A stretch of 64,000 nucleotides of DNA from a virus (IMGVR_UViG_3300032305_001697:1724-65723); one strand, 5' to 3'; shown: positions 1 to 10,285, counted from the stretch's first letter. Program-made: numbers and translations. The notes: generated by a model from the sequence alone, not told the origin.

Positions 1-40
1 ATGATTACATTTGGTACAATTATAAGAATATGTCGGCATG

Positions 41-619
41 TTAAAAATAGGACTCTGGTAAGTAAATTTTCCACTCTACTGGTATGTCCTTTATCTTAAC
101 TAAGTGGGATGCTATAGGCAAGTACTTCATATTTTTTTGAGGCATTATTGGCAAATTTCTAAGTGGCATATTTGCTTGTTTAGGAGTTTTATTCCCTTTT
201 TTTCTATTACAATAAATACAAGCAGTAACTATATTAGTCCAACTAGTCGGAGATAACTTATCATTATTCCATAAAGATTTAGGTATAACATGATCATATG
301 TAAGTTGATTTATTTCTACCTGATTTCCACAATATTGACAACTATAATTATCTCTAATGAATAAATTTTTTCTAGAAAATTTTACTTTGGAATTATTTAT
401 ACGAAAATATCTTGCTGTTTTAACAACAGCGGGAATTGGATATTTTTTATCATTAGAACAAAGAATATAATCGTCTTTATAAAAATCAATTATTTCAACA
501 CCAATCTTACGATTGGCCTCGTGTTTAAAAGACCAAACAATAGCTTTTTGCCAATGAATTATAGTAATAGGAGTATAGTCAGCATTTAATACTAGACATT
601 TAGTATTTTGTATTTTCAT
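41..619 (-). CDS. HNH endonuclease (McrA-like)
   Basis: LVLNADY N-terminus, RDNYSCQYCG...TYDHVIP...WTNIVTACIYCNRKKG HNH/Zn motif. Confidence 0.85.
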   Translation of the reverse strand: MKIQNTKCLVLNADYTPITIIHWQKAIVWSFKHEANRKIGVEIIDFYKDDYILCSNDKKYPIPAVVKTARYFRINNSKVKFSRKNLFIRDNYSCQYCGNQVEINQLTYDHVIPKSLWNNDKLSPTSWTNIVTACIYCNRKKGNKTPKQANMPLRNLPIMPQKNMKYLPIASHLVKIKDIPVEWKIYLPESYF

Positions 620-1334
620 TTTCTATTTGACTTAATCTTCCTAATATTTTAACAATTATAGGATTTCTAACTATATCAGAACCCAATAACTGCACAATAC
701 CAATACTATCAATATCATTTAAACCATTTATCATGTCGGCAAATCCGCCTCTTTGACTTTTGTGAAGATCGCTTTGTCCAACATCTCCAGTAAGTACCAT
801 TTTACTATTATTCCCAGTTCTTGTCAATAACATTTTTAATTGATCATACGACGCATTTTGACATTCATCGGCGACAATAAAAGCATTATGAAAATTACGA
901 CCTCTCATTAATCCTAATGGAACAACTTCAATTTTATTATTTAATCTTAATGATACATAATGGGCTGAGCTTATAAAGTGATTAATTTCATCTAATATTG
1001 GTAGTAAATATGGATGAAGTTTCTCTTCTGCTGTTCCAGGTAAATAACCAATTTTTTCACCAGCCTCTATTACTGGTCTTGTTATTATGATTTTTTTTAC
1101 TTTATCATCAAGTAAATACTCAAGAGCCATACCAATAGCAATATGTGTTTTACCACTACCAGCTAATCCCTGGCAAAATGTTATCGTATTTTCAGCTATC
1201 ATACGAATATATTCTGCCTGATTATCTGTTCGTGGCTTCAATCTATTTCGATATGCATGACCAGCATTTTCATTCACCAATGGTTTTGTTGCATCAATTA
1301 CTTTCTTTTTCTTGCTTCTTGTATTTTTTCTCAA
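600..1334 (-). CDS. phoH: PhoH-like ATPase
   Basis: GLAGSGKT, TRPVIE, GYLPG, MRGRNF, DECQN, LLTRTG, GDVGQSD, DIVRNP motifs. Confidence 0.95.
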   Translation of the reverse strand: MRKNTRSKKKKVIDATKPLVNENAGHAYRNRLKPRTDNQAEYIRMIAENTITFCQGLAGSGKTHIAIGMALEYLLDDKVKKIIITRPVIEAGEKIGYLPGTAEEKLHPYLLPILDEINHFISSAHYVSLRLNNKIEVVPLGLMRGRNFHNAFIVADECQNASYDQLKMLLTRTGNNSKMVLTGDVGQSDLHKSQRGGFADMINGLNDIDSIGIVQLLGSDIVRNPIIVKILGRLSQIENENTKY

Positions 1335-1355
1335 TGGTTACCCTTTGCTATAGAG

Positions 1356-3551
1356 TTAAATTAGACAAGCGCCACCAGCACAACTAATTTCCTCTATACC
1401 AGCAGTATTGTCCTCAGTCTCTGATAGTTGTGTATAATCAACTTTTTTGAAACTATTAAATAGATCACAATAGATTTTCCAATTATAAACATCTTTCATA
1501 CAGTAGGTTAGACGTCTAGTATCGCCACCAAAGTATTTTCCAGCAAAATTGTTCATTTTGGTTACAAATATTAATTTTGATTCATCATGATCTTTATTAA
1601 CTTGATTTAATGTGATATAATCACAAGCGGCCCATAGATTATTATCAAAAGCGTTTAATGCCAATTCTATAAGTCCAGAGCACCATAATGCTGCATCTCC
1701 ATATTCTTTAACAATTTCACGACTAGTATAAACAGTAGTGAATGGAGCTTGAGGATAATCTTTATCTCCACTCTGAGGAATAAGGCTAATGCCCGCAAAA
1801 TACTTCCTATTATCATAGATATATTTTGTTACATCATCCCATTCATCAGGCTTAACAGTAACGGTGTTGCTAACATTATGACTAAGATAGTCTTGAGTAC
1901 ATAATGACTTATTCTTACCAGAATTTACCCAATATCTTTGGGTATTTTTAACAACACTAAGCATGTCAACAGCGGGAAGTTGGTTTTTTAATTTTGCTCC
2001 ATCTGGAACTTCTATTGGAAACTTAACAACCTCATCCGTATCATTAGCAGACCATGATGATTTTTCACATGCTTGAGGATTAAATTTCTTAAAGTGTTGA
2101 TATGGTGCCTCTAATATATTTGCTTGAACATGGCGAATATATCTTTTAGCATGATGAGGGTGAATCCCGGAACTTGTACCAAGCATACTTGAACTTGTTC
2201 CTTCTGGCTTTAAACAGGTAACTCTGGCGGCCTGATTTATGCCTATCTTTTTTGCTATTTCTTTATTGGTTTCAACAGCTATTTTTGCTCCTGCTTTTAA
2301 AACGTTTTCAGATAAAACAAGATCGTGCTTTTCCATTGTACCAGTTAAGGACACTCCTAATAAAGCTTCTCTTTCAAATATCTTTTCACTAATTTCACCA
2401 AGATAATTTAGCTTAGTAAATCCAGCCTGTAATGTGCCTATTATGGCTGCGGCTCGACATCTTTCATAAAAATCTTTTTCATCTTCCACACTAGAGCAAT
2501 TGATCGTTGAAAGGTTGCATCCCTGCCAGCCACTCTTGCCACTATCTTCGTCAACGGGCCACATTCCGATTTCTACGCATGGATTAAAAATCATCTCAGT
2601 AGACTCACTCCAGATAAAACCGGGCTCTCCAAACTCTTTCACGCTTTCCATGAGAGTTTGAAATTGCTCTAATGTTGTTTCATCTTTTAGCAATAATGCA
2701 GAATTATTACTTCTTGCTCTTTGCGGATTTTCCATATACCAATTACCAGTTTTAGCCTTAGCCATTTCTTCATCATCGGAACTAAATAGTGCTAAACTAG
2801 CTGATCTACGAACACCGCCACTTAGCACAGCATCACTACTATGCATAACTATATCATAGGCATCTATCGGTCTCAATTTCTTTTGACCATTCTTTATACA
2901 TCTGTCAAGTAGTGTTCTTATCTTTTCTAAACCCTTTTGAAGTGGTTCAAATCCTGGTGCTTTTCCAACTCCTGAACTAAGGTCGGAACCTTTTGATCTA
3001 ATATTAGAATAGTCAAATACAACATAACTATCCTTATACATTTTAAATTCTTCAATAGGCTTACTGAAATAACTACTTAATAGTACTCCAAGAGCATCAG
3101 CCCATCCTTCAATACTATCTTCTATAGTATATTTGATACCCTCGTTATTTTCTGGGACATTATGCTCTAGCGTTGGGAGTTTTGAAACATGATGTTTTTG
3201 AATACTAAATCCTGTTCCACTACCACATAGCAATAACCAAAAACATTCTTGAAAGAATCGTGGTCTATCACAGTATGAACTTGTACAATTATAAACTTTA
3301 GCGTGTCTCTTTAAAATTGGCTCTCCACCAAATTGTAGTCCTCTTTGAGATCCAAGAACTTTTTTCTTATACATAATGTCGTATGCCCAATCAATATCGT
3401 TAGAAATATTTTTATCAGCATACATTGTATGCATCATATTTCGTACACGATCAACTGCTTCTTTCCAAGTTTCTCTGCGATTTTTATCTTCTAACCAGCG
3501 AGCATATTTACTAACGAATGTATAATTTTGAAGTTCTTGAAGAGCAGACAT
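1356..3551 (-). CDS. nrdJ: Class II (B12-dependent) ribonucleotide reductase; start probably MSALQ at 3551
   Basis: YNC, GGVRRSA, NPCVEI, CNL, TCLKPEGT and C-terminal CAGGAC redox pair; AGGAG RBS before the ATG at 3551. Confidence 0.92.
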   Translation of the reverse strand: MSALQELQNYTFVSKYARWLEDKNRRETWKEAVDRVRNMMHTMYADKNISNDIDWAYDIMYKKKVLGSQRGLQFGGEPILKRHAKVYNCTSSYCDRPRFFQECFWLLLCGSGTGFSIQKHHVSKLPTLEHNVPENNEGIKYTIEDSIEGWADALGVLLSSYFSKPIEEFKMYKDSYVVFDYSNIRSKGSDLSSGVGKAPGFEPLQKGLEKIRTLLDRCIKNGQKKLRPIDAYDIVMHSSDAVLSGGVRRSASLALFSSDDEEMAKAKTGNWYMENPQRARSNNSALLLKDETTLEQFQTLMESVKEFGEPGFIWSESTEMIFNPCVEIGMWPVDEDSGKSGWQGCNLSTINCSSVEDEKDFYERCRAAAIIGTLQAGFTKLNYLGEISEKIFEREALLGVSLTGTMEKHDLVLSENVLKAGAKIAVETNKEIAKKIGINQAARVTCLKPEGTSSSMLGTSSGIHPHHAKRYIRHVQANILEAPYQHFKKFNPQACEKSSWSANDTDEVVKFPIEVPDGAKLKNQLPAVDMLSVVKNTQRYWVNSGKNKSLCTQDYLSHNVSNTVTVKPDEWDDVTKYIYDNRKYFAGISLIPQSGDKDYPQAPFTTVYTSREIVKEYGDAALWCSGLIELALNAFDNNLWAACDYITLNQVNKDHDESKLIFVTKMNNFAGKYFGGDTRRLTYCMKDVYNWKIYCDLFNSFKKVDYTQLSETEDNTAGIEEISCAGGACLI

Positions 3552-3701
3552 ATTATCTCCTGGTTTGATTATTGCATAGTGAAAGAAGTCCGAGTAACAC
3601 ACTAGTATGGAAAGAAAAAGTAATCATTTCTGTGTTACCACTAATCCATCTATAATAGATATAAAAACATAAACTTATATAAAATGATAATTGCTGTATA
3701 T

Positions 3702-4169
3702 TCATATTACACCGCAAACATTAGTAAGCCAAGAAAGATCAGACTCAATTTTCATAATTTCAATACCACTTAATTTTACAAATTTATCAAAAATTTCTTG
3801 TTCTTTATCATCAAAAAGTTTTGTCCCATGATCATTTGACATAATTACTTTTGTTATTCCTTCTTGCCAAAGAGACATGATGCAATCATTGCAACATTGT
3901 CCAGTAACGTATGCTATACCATTATCTGGTCTAACAACACAATTAGATAAGGCATTTTGTTCTGCATGTATCATCCATGAGTATTTCTCTGGCCTATCTA
4001 ACGGCAATAGGGAATCATCGAGTCCTTTTGGAAAACCATTATATCCAACGCCAAGAATTCTATTATTCTGATCTGTAATTACGCAGCCGTGCTGCGTATG
4101 AATATCATGACTTCTTTGAGAAGCCACCTTGGCTAGTCCTAAAAAATAGTTTGTCCATGTTGGTCGCAT
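3702..4169 (-). CDS. dCMP deaminase
   Basis: RP.W..YF, GYNGFP, IHAEQNAL, CCNDC zinc motif. Confidence 0.9.
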   Translation of the reverse strand: MRPTWTNYFLGLAKVASQRSHDIHTQHGCVITDQNNRILGVGYNGFPKGLDDSLLPLDRPEKYSWMIHAEQNALSNCVVRPDNGIAYVTGQCCNDCIMSLWQEGITKVIMSNDHGTKLFDDKEQEIFDKFVKLSGIEIMKIESDLSWLTNVCGVI

Positions 4170-4175
4170 GGAGTT

Positions 4176-4204
4176 ATTATACTTGGTGTTCTGTCACAGG
4201 TCAA
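4176..4204 (-). promoter_or_regulatory. Sigma70-type promoter, possibly giving a leaderless dCMP deaminase mRNA
   Basis: TTGACC-N17-TATAAT, ending 6 nt before the ATG. Confidence 0.65.
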
Positions 4205-4206
4205 GA

Positions 4207-4455
4207 CTATTTTGTAACGAGCTTGTTATATAGAACAAGTGTTAGAATACCACCAGCAACACCCATCACAACACCCGCTGGAGATAAAGCGTCATAACTA
4301 CCAAGCAGATAGAGTATTGCTCCACCCATATAAGAGCCTGCTACTCCCAGTGCTACTGTTTTTACAAATCCAAAATTTTCTTCACCAGGAACAATACTCT
4401 TTGATATTGAACCAACAAATAAACCATAGACACACCATACTAAAATATTAAACAT
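4207..4455 (-). CDS. GlsB/YeaQ/YmgE (transglycosylase-associated) membrane protein
   Basis: W..YGL.VG.I.K.I.PG...G...T.ALGVAGS..GG pattern, three hydrophobic helices. Confidence 0.75.
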   Translation of the reverse strand: MFNILVWCVYGLFVGSISKSIVPGEENFGFVKTVALGVAGSYMGGAILYLLGSYDALSPAGVVMGVAGGILTLVLYNKLVTK

Positions 4456-4879
4456 TTGCTGCCTCCACTAAAGTTACTACTTGATCATCCGTGAGGTTTT
4501 CTCCTTCATCTAATATTGCATATAACAGTTTTTCTCCGTGTTCTTTATATTGATCACGGTCTAGTTCTCTACGTATTATTTTTCTGATTTTCATTTTGGT
4601 AAACCATCCGCGTTTTTTGCTGAAGTTTCTTATGTCTGTCCCATATAAAGAGAATCTATCATTGGCATTAGAAAGAGTTGATATTTTTTGTTTATTACAT
4701 TCTTGAATAACTCTAATTATTGTTAATATAATACTTATAACCATTAATATAGCTATAATACTACCATATTTTTCTTCTTGTGGAATTTGTGCTTTTTTAA
4801 GAATTTCAATAGCGATTGGTTTTAGTTTTTCATTATCTTGCATTATTAATACTCTTTTGTGGTATTGGACAATTACCAT
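4448..4879 (-). CDS. Hypothetical single-TM protein
   Basis: Hydrophobic stretch IIAILMVISIILTII; tightly packed with neighbours. Confidence 0.6.
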   Translation of the reverse strand: MVIVQYHKRVLIMQDNEKLKPIAIEILKKAQIPQEEKYGSIIAILMVISIILTIIRVIQECNKQKISTLSNANDRFSLYGTDIRNFSKKRGWFTKMKIRKIIRRELDRDQYKEHGEKLLYAILDEGENLTDDQVVTLVEAANV

Positions 4880-5174
4880 TTGTACAATTTTTTTGTTGTA
4901 TTATAACTGGAGAATGAGTTATAATTTTTTGTTGTGTTTTATCTGGTTCGCAATATCCACAGTCTACTTTCTTAATACCGTCTCCACTAATATAAAATCC
5001 AGTTCCTTTACAAATAGGACAATCTTTTCTTTTATATTTTTTAGAAGCATCAGTGTGTTGAGCTTTAATTATTCCTCCAGCAATCACTACTGCTGGTAAT
5101 GTTGATCCATTATATTTATATGTACTAAATAACAAAACTGATCCTATCAATAGAACATTAAGAATTTTGGTCAT
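4833..5174 (-). CDS. Secreted/membrane protein with CxxCxGxG zinc-finger motif
   Basis: Signal-like N-terminus from MTKIL; CPICKGTG...CGYC; C-terminal CTNGNCP. Confidence 0.6.
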   Translation of the reverse strand: MTKILNVLLIGSVLLFSTYKYNGSTLPAVVIAGGIIKAQHTDASKKYKRKDCPICKGTGFYISGDGIKKVDCGYCEPDKTQQKIITHSPVIIQQKNCTNGNCPIPQKSINNAR

Positions 5175-5324
5175 CTTTATTTCTCCATGGTAGAATCTTT
5201 TTACGTTTTGGTTTAGGCAAATCAATATTATCTATAGATTTAGGAGCAAAAATTTTAATTAATCCAAGTATAAAATTAGTAATAATACTAATTAAACGAT
5301 TCAATGCTATCTTATCTAATATTC

Positions 5325-6251
5325 TCATAAATAATCCTCAAACCCATACGATGGAAGTTTTTGAACAGGAAAACCATCAAAATTACTAAAAGCATAACTA
5401 CCATTTGCTGCTAACATTCCAGCAGCAACTTCAGCACGAATAAGAAATGACCCATCAGGAATTGGACCCCATTCTGGATGACCACCATCATTCCATTTAC
5501 CCCAACTATTTTGTACTAAAAATAATGGCTCACTACCAGTATCATCACAGGCTATCCAGGCCATAGCGTGGGCCCAATTACCACTAGTATTTGCTATTCC
5601 TTTTTTATCTCGTTTATTACTAAATCCATAATTAGAACATACCGATAATCCATAACCATTAGCTATTGCGTCTCGTGCTTCTTCTATTGTTCGTACTAAA
5701 CTAACAGTTTTAATTTGGTGATCATTAGCAAGATCAATCACAGGGTCTGGTAATCCTCTTCCTCCCCAACCAGCACCAAGATTACCATTGTATTTAGTAA
5801 AATCAGCAATACCGGGATAATTTTTTCTTAATACTATACCGCCATTTTTACTTACAAATTCAGCGGCTCTTGAACAACTCATGCCTTGTCCACTCCAACC
5901 TCTAGCACCGTAAATTGCTTCTGTCGCTCCTTTTGCTATCCATGCTTCTCTTTCTCCATTGACATCTATTTCTACTGCTCTACTAACATCACAAGCATTC
6001 CGTGTTGCATGACTAACACAATCTCCAGTAGTTTGTCTTTCATTATATGGATTTTTATCAAATTTTAATACGCTCTTGTATGGTGTTGATAATTTGCCCT
6101 TACCACTATTTTTAATTTTTTTGCTAGCGTCTCCAAATAATGGATATTTACTATTTTCCATTAGATTATCAAATATCTGCTGTTCCCAAATACAGCCAGA
6201 GAAACCTTTTTTATAATTTTTATATAATTCTTCTGGAGATAGTTTTGTCAT
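5325..6251 (-). CDS. Papain-like (C1) cysteine peptidase
   Basis: QTTGDCVSH (Gln/Cys), WAHAM (His), VQNSWG (Asn). Confidence 0.85.
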   Translation of the reverse strand: MTKLSPEELYKNYKKGFSGCIWEQQIFDNLMENSKYPLFGDASKKIKNSGKGKLSTPYKSVLKFDKNPYNERQTTGDCVSHATRNACDVSRAVEIDVNGEREAWIAKGATEAIYGARGWSGQGMSCSRAAEFVSKNGGIVLRKNYPGIADFTKYNGNLGAGWGGRGLPDPVIDLANDHQIKTVSLVRTIEEARDAIANGYGLSVCSNYGFSNKRDKKGIANTSGNWAHAMAWIACDDTGSEPLFLVQNSWGKWNDGGHPEWGPIPDGSFLIRAEVAAGMLAANGSYAFSNFDGFPVQKLPSYGFEDYL

Positions 6252-6751
6252 TATTTACTTCCTTCGTTACATGCCCAGGCTAGTGCCTTAAACCCATTAA
6301 CTGCATTTTCTCTTAATTCTTTATTTAGTAATACATTATCGTCACCAATCGATTGTACAATCAATGCTTTTGCCGCTTCTGGTAAATCGGGATACTTACC
6401 TTTAATATCAAGTCGAAGTAAAAGACCGGCTAGTCTATTAGCTTGTCTAATGTCTTCTGTATTTTTAATAACTTCATTCTCTCCATCTAAACTAATTAGA
6501 GTAGCCATATCGTTGTATAAAGATGCTAATCTTTTGCCGTCTATCTTACGATCAGAATTTGAAGATAGTGCTTTAATGATATCTTTACTTTTGGTTAATA
6601 GTTCATCTGAGGATGGAGAAATTAGATCAAGATTATCAACTACATTAACTGAAGGACGAGTACTATCTAAAAAGTTATTTAAATTTGGTTTAAAAATACC
6701 TATAGCAATTAGTAATAATGCAATTAAGAGCAATAAATTTTTTGAATTCAT
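6251..6751 (-). CDS. Hypothetical N-anchored membrane protein
   Basis: N-terminal TM LLLLIALLLIAIGIF. Confidence 0.6.
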   Translation of the reverse strand: MNSKNLLLLIALLLIAIGIFKPNLNNFLDSTRPSVNVVDNLDLISPSSDELLTKSKDIIKALSSNSDRKIDGKRLASLYNDMATLISLDGENEVIKNTEDIRQANRLAGLLLRLDIKGKYPDLPEAAKALIVQSIGDDNVLLNKELRENAVNGFKALAWACNEGSK

Positions 6752-7176
6752 AAATCACCTTCAGTCTTTTTGTTTTCTGTTTTTAGTATACTATTATTCA
6801 CTTGAGTAGTTGAATTACCACAAACATTTGGAGATAGATACGGAAACATTTGATCGGCAGCTTTTACTGCGTCATCGCAACCACTCTCAACCGCTAAATC
6901 TCTTGTTTGTTTCCATGAAGCGACGAGTTTAAAAAAGATATCTTCTTTTGTGATTATTACTGGTTTCACAGTAGGAACAACTATAGCGACCGGATTTACA
7001 GATTTTAATGAGGGTGAGCTTTTTATCTTTTCAATAGTGGTTGATAAGAAATTTTGGACTGGACTCATTTTATCTTTGAATAAAACCCATAGTATTAAGC
7101 CAGCGCCAGCATACAGGGCTAAGTCTGTAGTTGATAACTTACTTGCGAACTGATCGAATGTTTCTGTATAGTTCAT
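6748..7176 (-). CDS. Hypothetical membrane protein
   Basis: TM LALYAGAGLILWVLF; AAGGA RBS. Confidence 0.6.
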   Translation of the reverse strand: MNYTETFDQFASKLSTTDLALYAGAGLILWVLFKDKMSPVQNFLSTTIEKIKSSPSLKSVNPVAIVVPTVKPVIITKEDIFFKLVASWKQTRDLAVESGCDDAVKAADQMFPYLSPNVCGNSTTQVNNSILKTENKKTEGDL

Positions 7177-7201
7177 ATAATATTCCTTTTAAATTAAATC
7201 A

Positions 7202-7585
7202 TCATTTAGAATTAGATTGTAAAAATACTCCAGTTTCTCTAAAAGTAGTCACCATAGCGTCTACAGTAGATCCAACAAGAATCATTAGAAATGTTTTTAC
7301 ATATTTATGTATAAGAGGTTCTATGAGAGGTGGTATGAATGGTATGTCTATTATAATAAATACCTTATCATAAAAATTATTTAGTAGATCCATTGCGATA
7401 GTCTTTTTATCTTTTCCTGTTTCGTTTATAGATAATACTTCTATCTTTTGAATTATATTAGCTACTGCTAATTGTAAAATCTTCCACGCCTGACCTATAG
7501 CTACTCTTTTAACTTCATTTAAGGAAATTTTACTTTCGTTTATTAGATTTTCTAGCTCTGGTTTTAACAATTCTGCTAGTTTCAT
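7202..7585 (-). CDS. Hypothetical protein
   Basis: 127-aa ORF in the cassette with a hydrophobic C-terminal half. Confidence 0.55.
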   Translation of the reverse strand: MKLAELLKPELENLINESKISLNEVKRVAIGQAWKILQLAVANIIQKIEVLSINETGKDKKTIAMDLLNNFYDKVFIIIDIPFIPPLIEPLIHKYVKTFLMILVGSTVDAMVTTFRETGVFLQSNSK

Positions 7586-7871
7586 CTTTTTTACCTCTTT
7601 TACTATTTGTTTTATTAGCTATTACTCTTTCTTCTGGAGAAGCTGTGTTCCACCAAGTATTTTTTACTTCTGTACGACCTTTAATATATTTATATAAAAC
7701 AGTTAATTGACCACCAATAAGAATTATAGCTTCTACACCACGAGTAGTTTCGTGAATTAAATCTTCTTTTTGATTATTAGTATCTAATAATCCTAATAAA
7801 TATAATCCGCTAAACATAAAGCTTACTAAGGTAAACCAAAATTCGCTAGTTCTATAACCAGGTTTAATCAT
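7530..7871 (-). CDS. Holin-like membrane protein
   Basis: KPGYRTSEFW N-terminus, two hydrophobic segments, basic C-tail. Confidence 0.55.
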   Translation of the reverse strand: MIKPGYRTSEFWFTLVSFMFSGLYLLGLLDTNNQKEDLIHETTRGVEAIILIGGQLTVLYKYIKGRTEVKNTWWNTASPEERVIANKTNSKRGKKDETSRIVKTRARKSNKRK

Positions 7872-7917
7872 ATTATATTACCTCAATTATTAATACACCA
7901 AATGGATTAATTGCAAT

Positions 7918-8238
7918 TTATGTTCTTTCAATTCTTTCTTCTAAAGCTTCTAGAGTTTTACCGAGTGTTGCTATCTGAACTTTTAGTTCGTTCATAACCT
8001 CGGTATTTCTTTGTAACATACCAGTTAATGCTGCTTGTGTTTCTTTATTAATAGCTAGTCTTTCCATGATAAACTGACGATCTTGAAGATATGGAGATTC
8101 ATTTTTTATCATATCTGAAATATCTTCTCTATTTACTATTTTTCTTCCAACGCCAACCCAGAATCCTACTAGTGTAACAATTATACCAAAACAAGCAGTC
8201 GCTATTGATTGCCAGAAATGAAGAATGTGTTCATTCAT
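7918..8238 (-). CDS. TM plus coiled-coil protein
   Basis: N-terminal TM, C-terminal heptads. Confidence 0.55.
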   Translation of the reverse strand: MNEHILHFWQSIATACFGIIVTLVGFWVGVGRKIVNREDISDMIKNESPYLQDRQFIMERLAINKETQAALTGMLQRNTEVMNELKVQIATLGKTLEALEERIERT

Positions 8239-8255
8239 AGTAGAAGCCTTTCAAG

Positions 8256-8290
8256 AAAAAAAGTCATCGAACTTTATAGTAAGATGACTT
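8256..8290 (-). terminator. Probable intrinsic terminator
   Basis: AAGTCATC...GATGACTT inverted repeat followed by a T-run on the minus strand, downstream of 8330..8929. Confidence 0.5.
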
Positions 8291-8329
8291 GATTTCGGTA
8301 AAAAGAATATGATTTATTATAACTAAATA

Positions 8330-8929
8330 TTACCAAATTGATCTTGGTTTATATATTGAATTAGGACCAGTATAAAGAGGATTCTTTCCACCAGCCATAT
8401 AAACAATTTGACCAGGAATAGCTTGGGTTGGAACAGCAGCATTGTCTGTGCCAGGTGAATCCACAGCATTGGTTGGTTGTGTAGAAAATCTGCCACTATA
8501 GATATTCCAGTATCCAGCACGGATAGCGGTTGTTAATCTACGAGTTCTTAAAGTTTCTAGTTTTTGAATACTTCTGACTAATTCAGGTCTAGCAGCACCA
8601 GTCTGTAAGAAAGAGTTGCTTGTTCCTGCTATTAGTATGGAGTATCTTTTTGCTACTGGTTTTTGGTTATTATATGCAAAAGTACCAGCAGATAAAGCAC
8701 TGGTTGCGTAATCAACAACTGTTGAACCAGATGAGATAACTGTTGAAGCGAATACATTACTAATTGAACGAGCAGCACTAACATTATCTAATAATAAAGA
8801 TGTGCCACCCCTGATAACTGCACCACCTTTATTTTTTGTTGATGTATCAGTAGTTGCTGCTGTTCCGTTTACTTGCTGATTTGCCATTATTAGCTCCTTT
8901 TTGGTGTTATATAAAAATAATACACACAA
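8330..8929 (-). CDS. Hypothetical protein, possibly structural (true start probably MANQQ)
   Basis: A/T/S/G-rich composition typical of virion proteins; AAGGAG RBS before MANQQ. Confidence 0.5.
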   Translation of the reverse strand: MCVLFLYNTKKELIMANQQVNGTAATTDTSTKNKGGAVIRGGTSLLLDNVSAARSISNVFASTVISSGSTVVDYATSALSAGTFAYNNQKPVAKRYSILIAGTSNSFLQTGAARPELVRSIQKLETLRTRRLTTAIRAGYWNIYSGRFSTQPTNAVDSPGTDNAAVPTQAIPGQIVYMAGGKNPLYTGPNSIYKPRSIW

Positions 8930-8954
8930 TACGATTGATTTGAATTAAAATTAA

Positions 8955-9608
8955 TTAATTAGAAAACTCATTAAATAATCTTACACCATTTAGTGTATTT
9001 GTCCTAATTTGATCAATTTTATATTTATTTAATTTTTCTATATGGTTTTTATTCCAAATATTACCAGTAAAAATAGTACTTATTCCTGTTTTTTCTTTAA
9101 GCAAAATACTAGCAATAATATTATCATCAATATTATCTATCATATTACCAGTAGATGGGTAGACACTTTTAAGACCAAATTCCTGTATAATATCACAAGC
9201 CTTGATCAAAGAATGATGAGTAAAAATTCTATATTCTAGATAATATATTATTGGAATATTATTAATTGCACAAATATCTATATTGCTTTTTATATCGTTT
9301 CTAATTTTATCATATTTTCTATTACTTAATAAATTGTTTTGAATAACTATTTCTATCTTTTGAGCACCATTAACTATGGCATTTTTAACAGAAGAGTTTC
9401 TTGATTTAGTATCAGAGAGTCCTTGTGGATAGTCTATAGAATTAGAAACTATTATTGAGGTATCTTTAACTAGAGACTTAACTAGTTTAGTATAGAAGTA
9501 TGGTATAGATATACAATTTATATTTAATGATTGGGCATTTAAAATTTTAACTTTTATTTCTTCTTCATCCAAATCAAGATCATAGATGGCGTACTCTATA
9601 TTTTTCAT
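8955..9608 (-). CDS. DeoC-like aldolase-fold protein, probably catalytically altered
   Basis: IDYPQG, AIVNGAQKIEIV; VYPSTG replaces the canonical IKTSTG. Confidence 0.7.
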   Translation of the reverse strand: MKNIEYAIYDLDLDEEEIKVKILNAQSLNINCISIPYFYTKLVKSLVKDTSIIVSNSIDYPQGLSDTKSRNSSVKNAIVNGAQKIEIVIQNNLLSNRKYDKIRNDIKSNIDICAINNIPIIYYLEYRIFTHHSLIKACDIIQEFGLKSVYPSTGNMIDNIDDNIIASILLKEKTGISTIFTGNIWNKNHIEKLNKYKIDQIRTNTLNGVRLFNEFSN

Positions 9609-10285
9609 TGTTTTTTAATTATTGTTTTTAAGTAGTCTATATTTGGATACCTTTTACTACCCAGTATACCATCTGCAAAACCATAATGAACTGCTTCTTC
9701 AGCAGTTAAAATCCAATCTCTTTTTGTTGCCAATTGAGTAACGATATGTTTACGAACAATCATTCTCTTCCAATTTTTTTCTTTGGCTATTCTACTACTA
9801 ATACACTTTTCAGTAAATATTTCTATCATCTTTTCGCTTTCTTTTTCACTCCACTGAACCATGCTTAGGGCCGCTTTATGTTCATTATCAATACTTAATG
9901 ATCCATAATGGATTAAAAAATTAGTATTAGGAGTTAATATTCTCAAATCAGCAGCTTGTAATAAAACACTACTACTAGATTCTACTTTTGCATATGCTAT
10001 TATAGCAACTTTACTTTTGCTTGCTTTTATAGTATCATATATGCCTAAACAATCCTGCCAATCGCCACCAGGAAGATGCATATGAACAACTATTGGTTCT
10101 AGAGATATAAGATTTAAATATCTTAAATTTTTTTCAAATGTTATTGCTGATCTATAATCAACACCAACTTCTTCAGAGTCCGCAAAATGAGAATGTAAGT
10201 ATAGTTCTCTATTTTTAATATCTATATTATAGTTATGAAGAAGAGTGAGATCCACATCTGTTTCTTTGTTCTCTGTTTGGGTCAT
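9605..10285 (-). CDS. clpP: ClpP-like serine protease
   Basis: HLPGGD, VESSS (Ser), FLIHYG (His), RDWILTAEEAVHYGFAD (Asp). Confidence 0.85.
   Translation of the reverse strand: MTQTENKETDVDLTLLHNYNIDIKNRELYLHSHFADSEEVGVDYRSAITFEKNLRYLNLISLEPIVVHMHLPGGDWQDCLGIYDTIKASKSKVAIIAYAKVESSSSVLLQAADLRILTPNTNFLIHYGSLSIDNEHKAALSMVQWSEKESEKMIEIFTEKCISSRIAKEKNWKRMIVRKHIVTQLATKRDWILTAEEAVHYGFADGILGSKRYPNIDYLKTIIKKQ

Noticed and set aside
1356-3602. Intein or intron in NrdJ (or in ThyX or the ligase)
   Set aside because: The ORFs are continuous and of normal size with no splicing motifs. The nearby HNH genes are free-standing.
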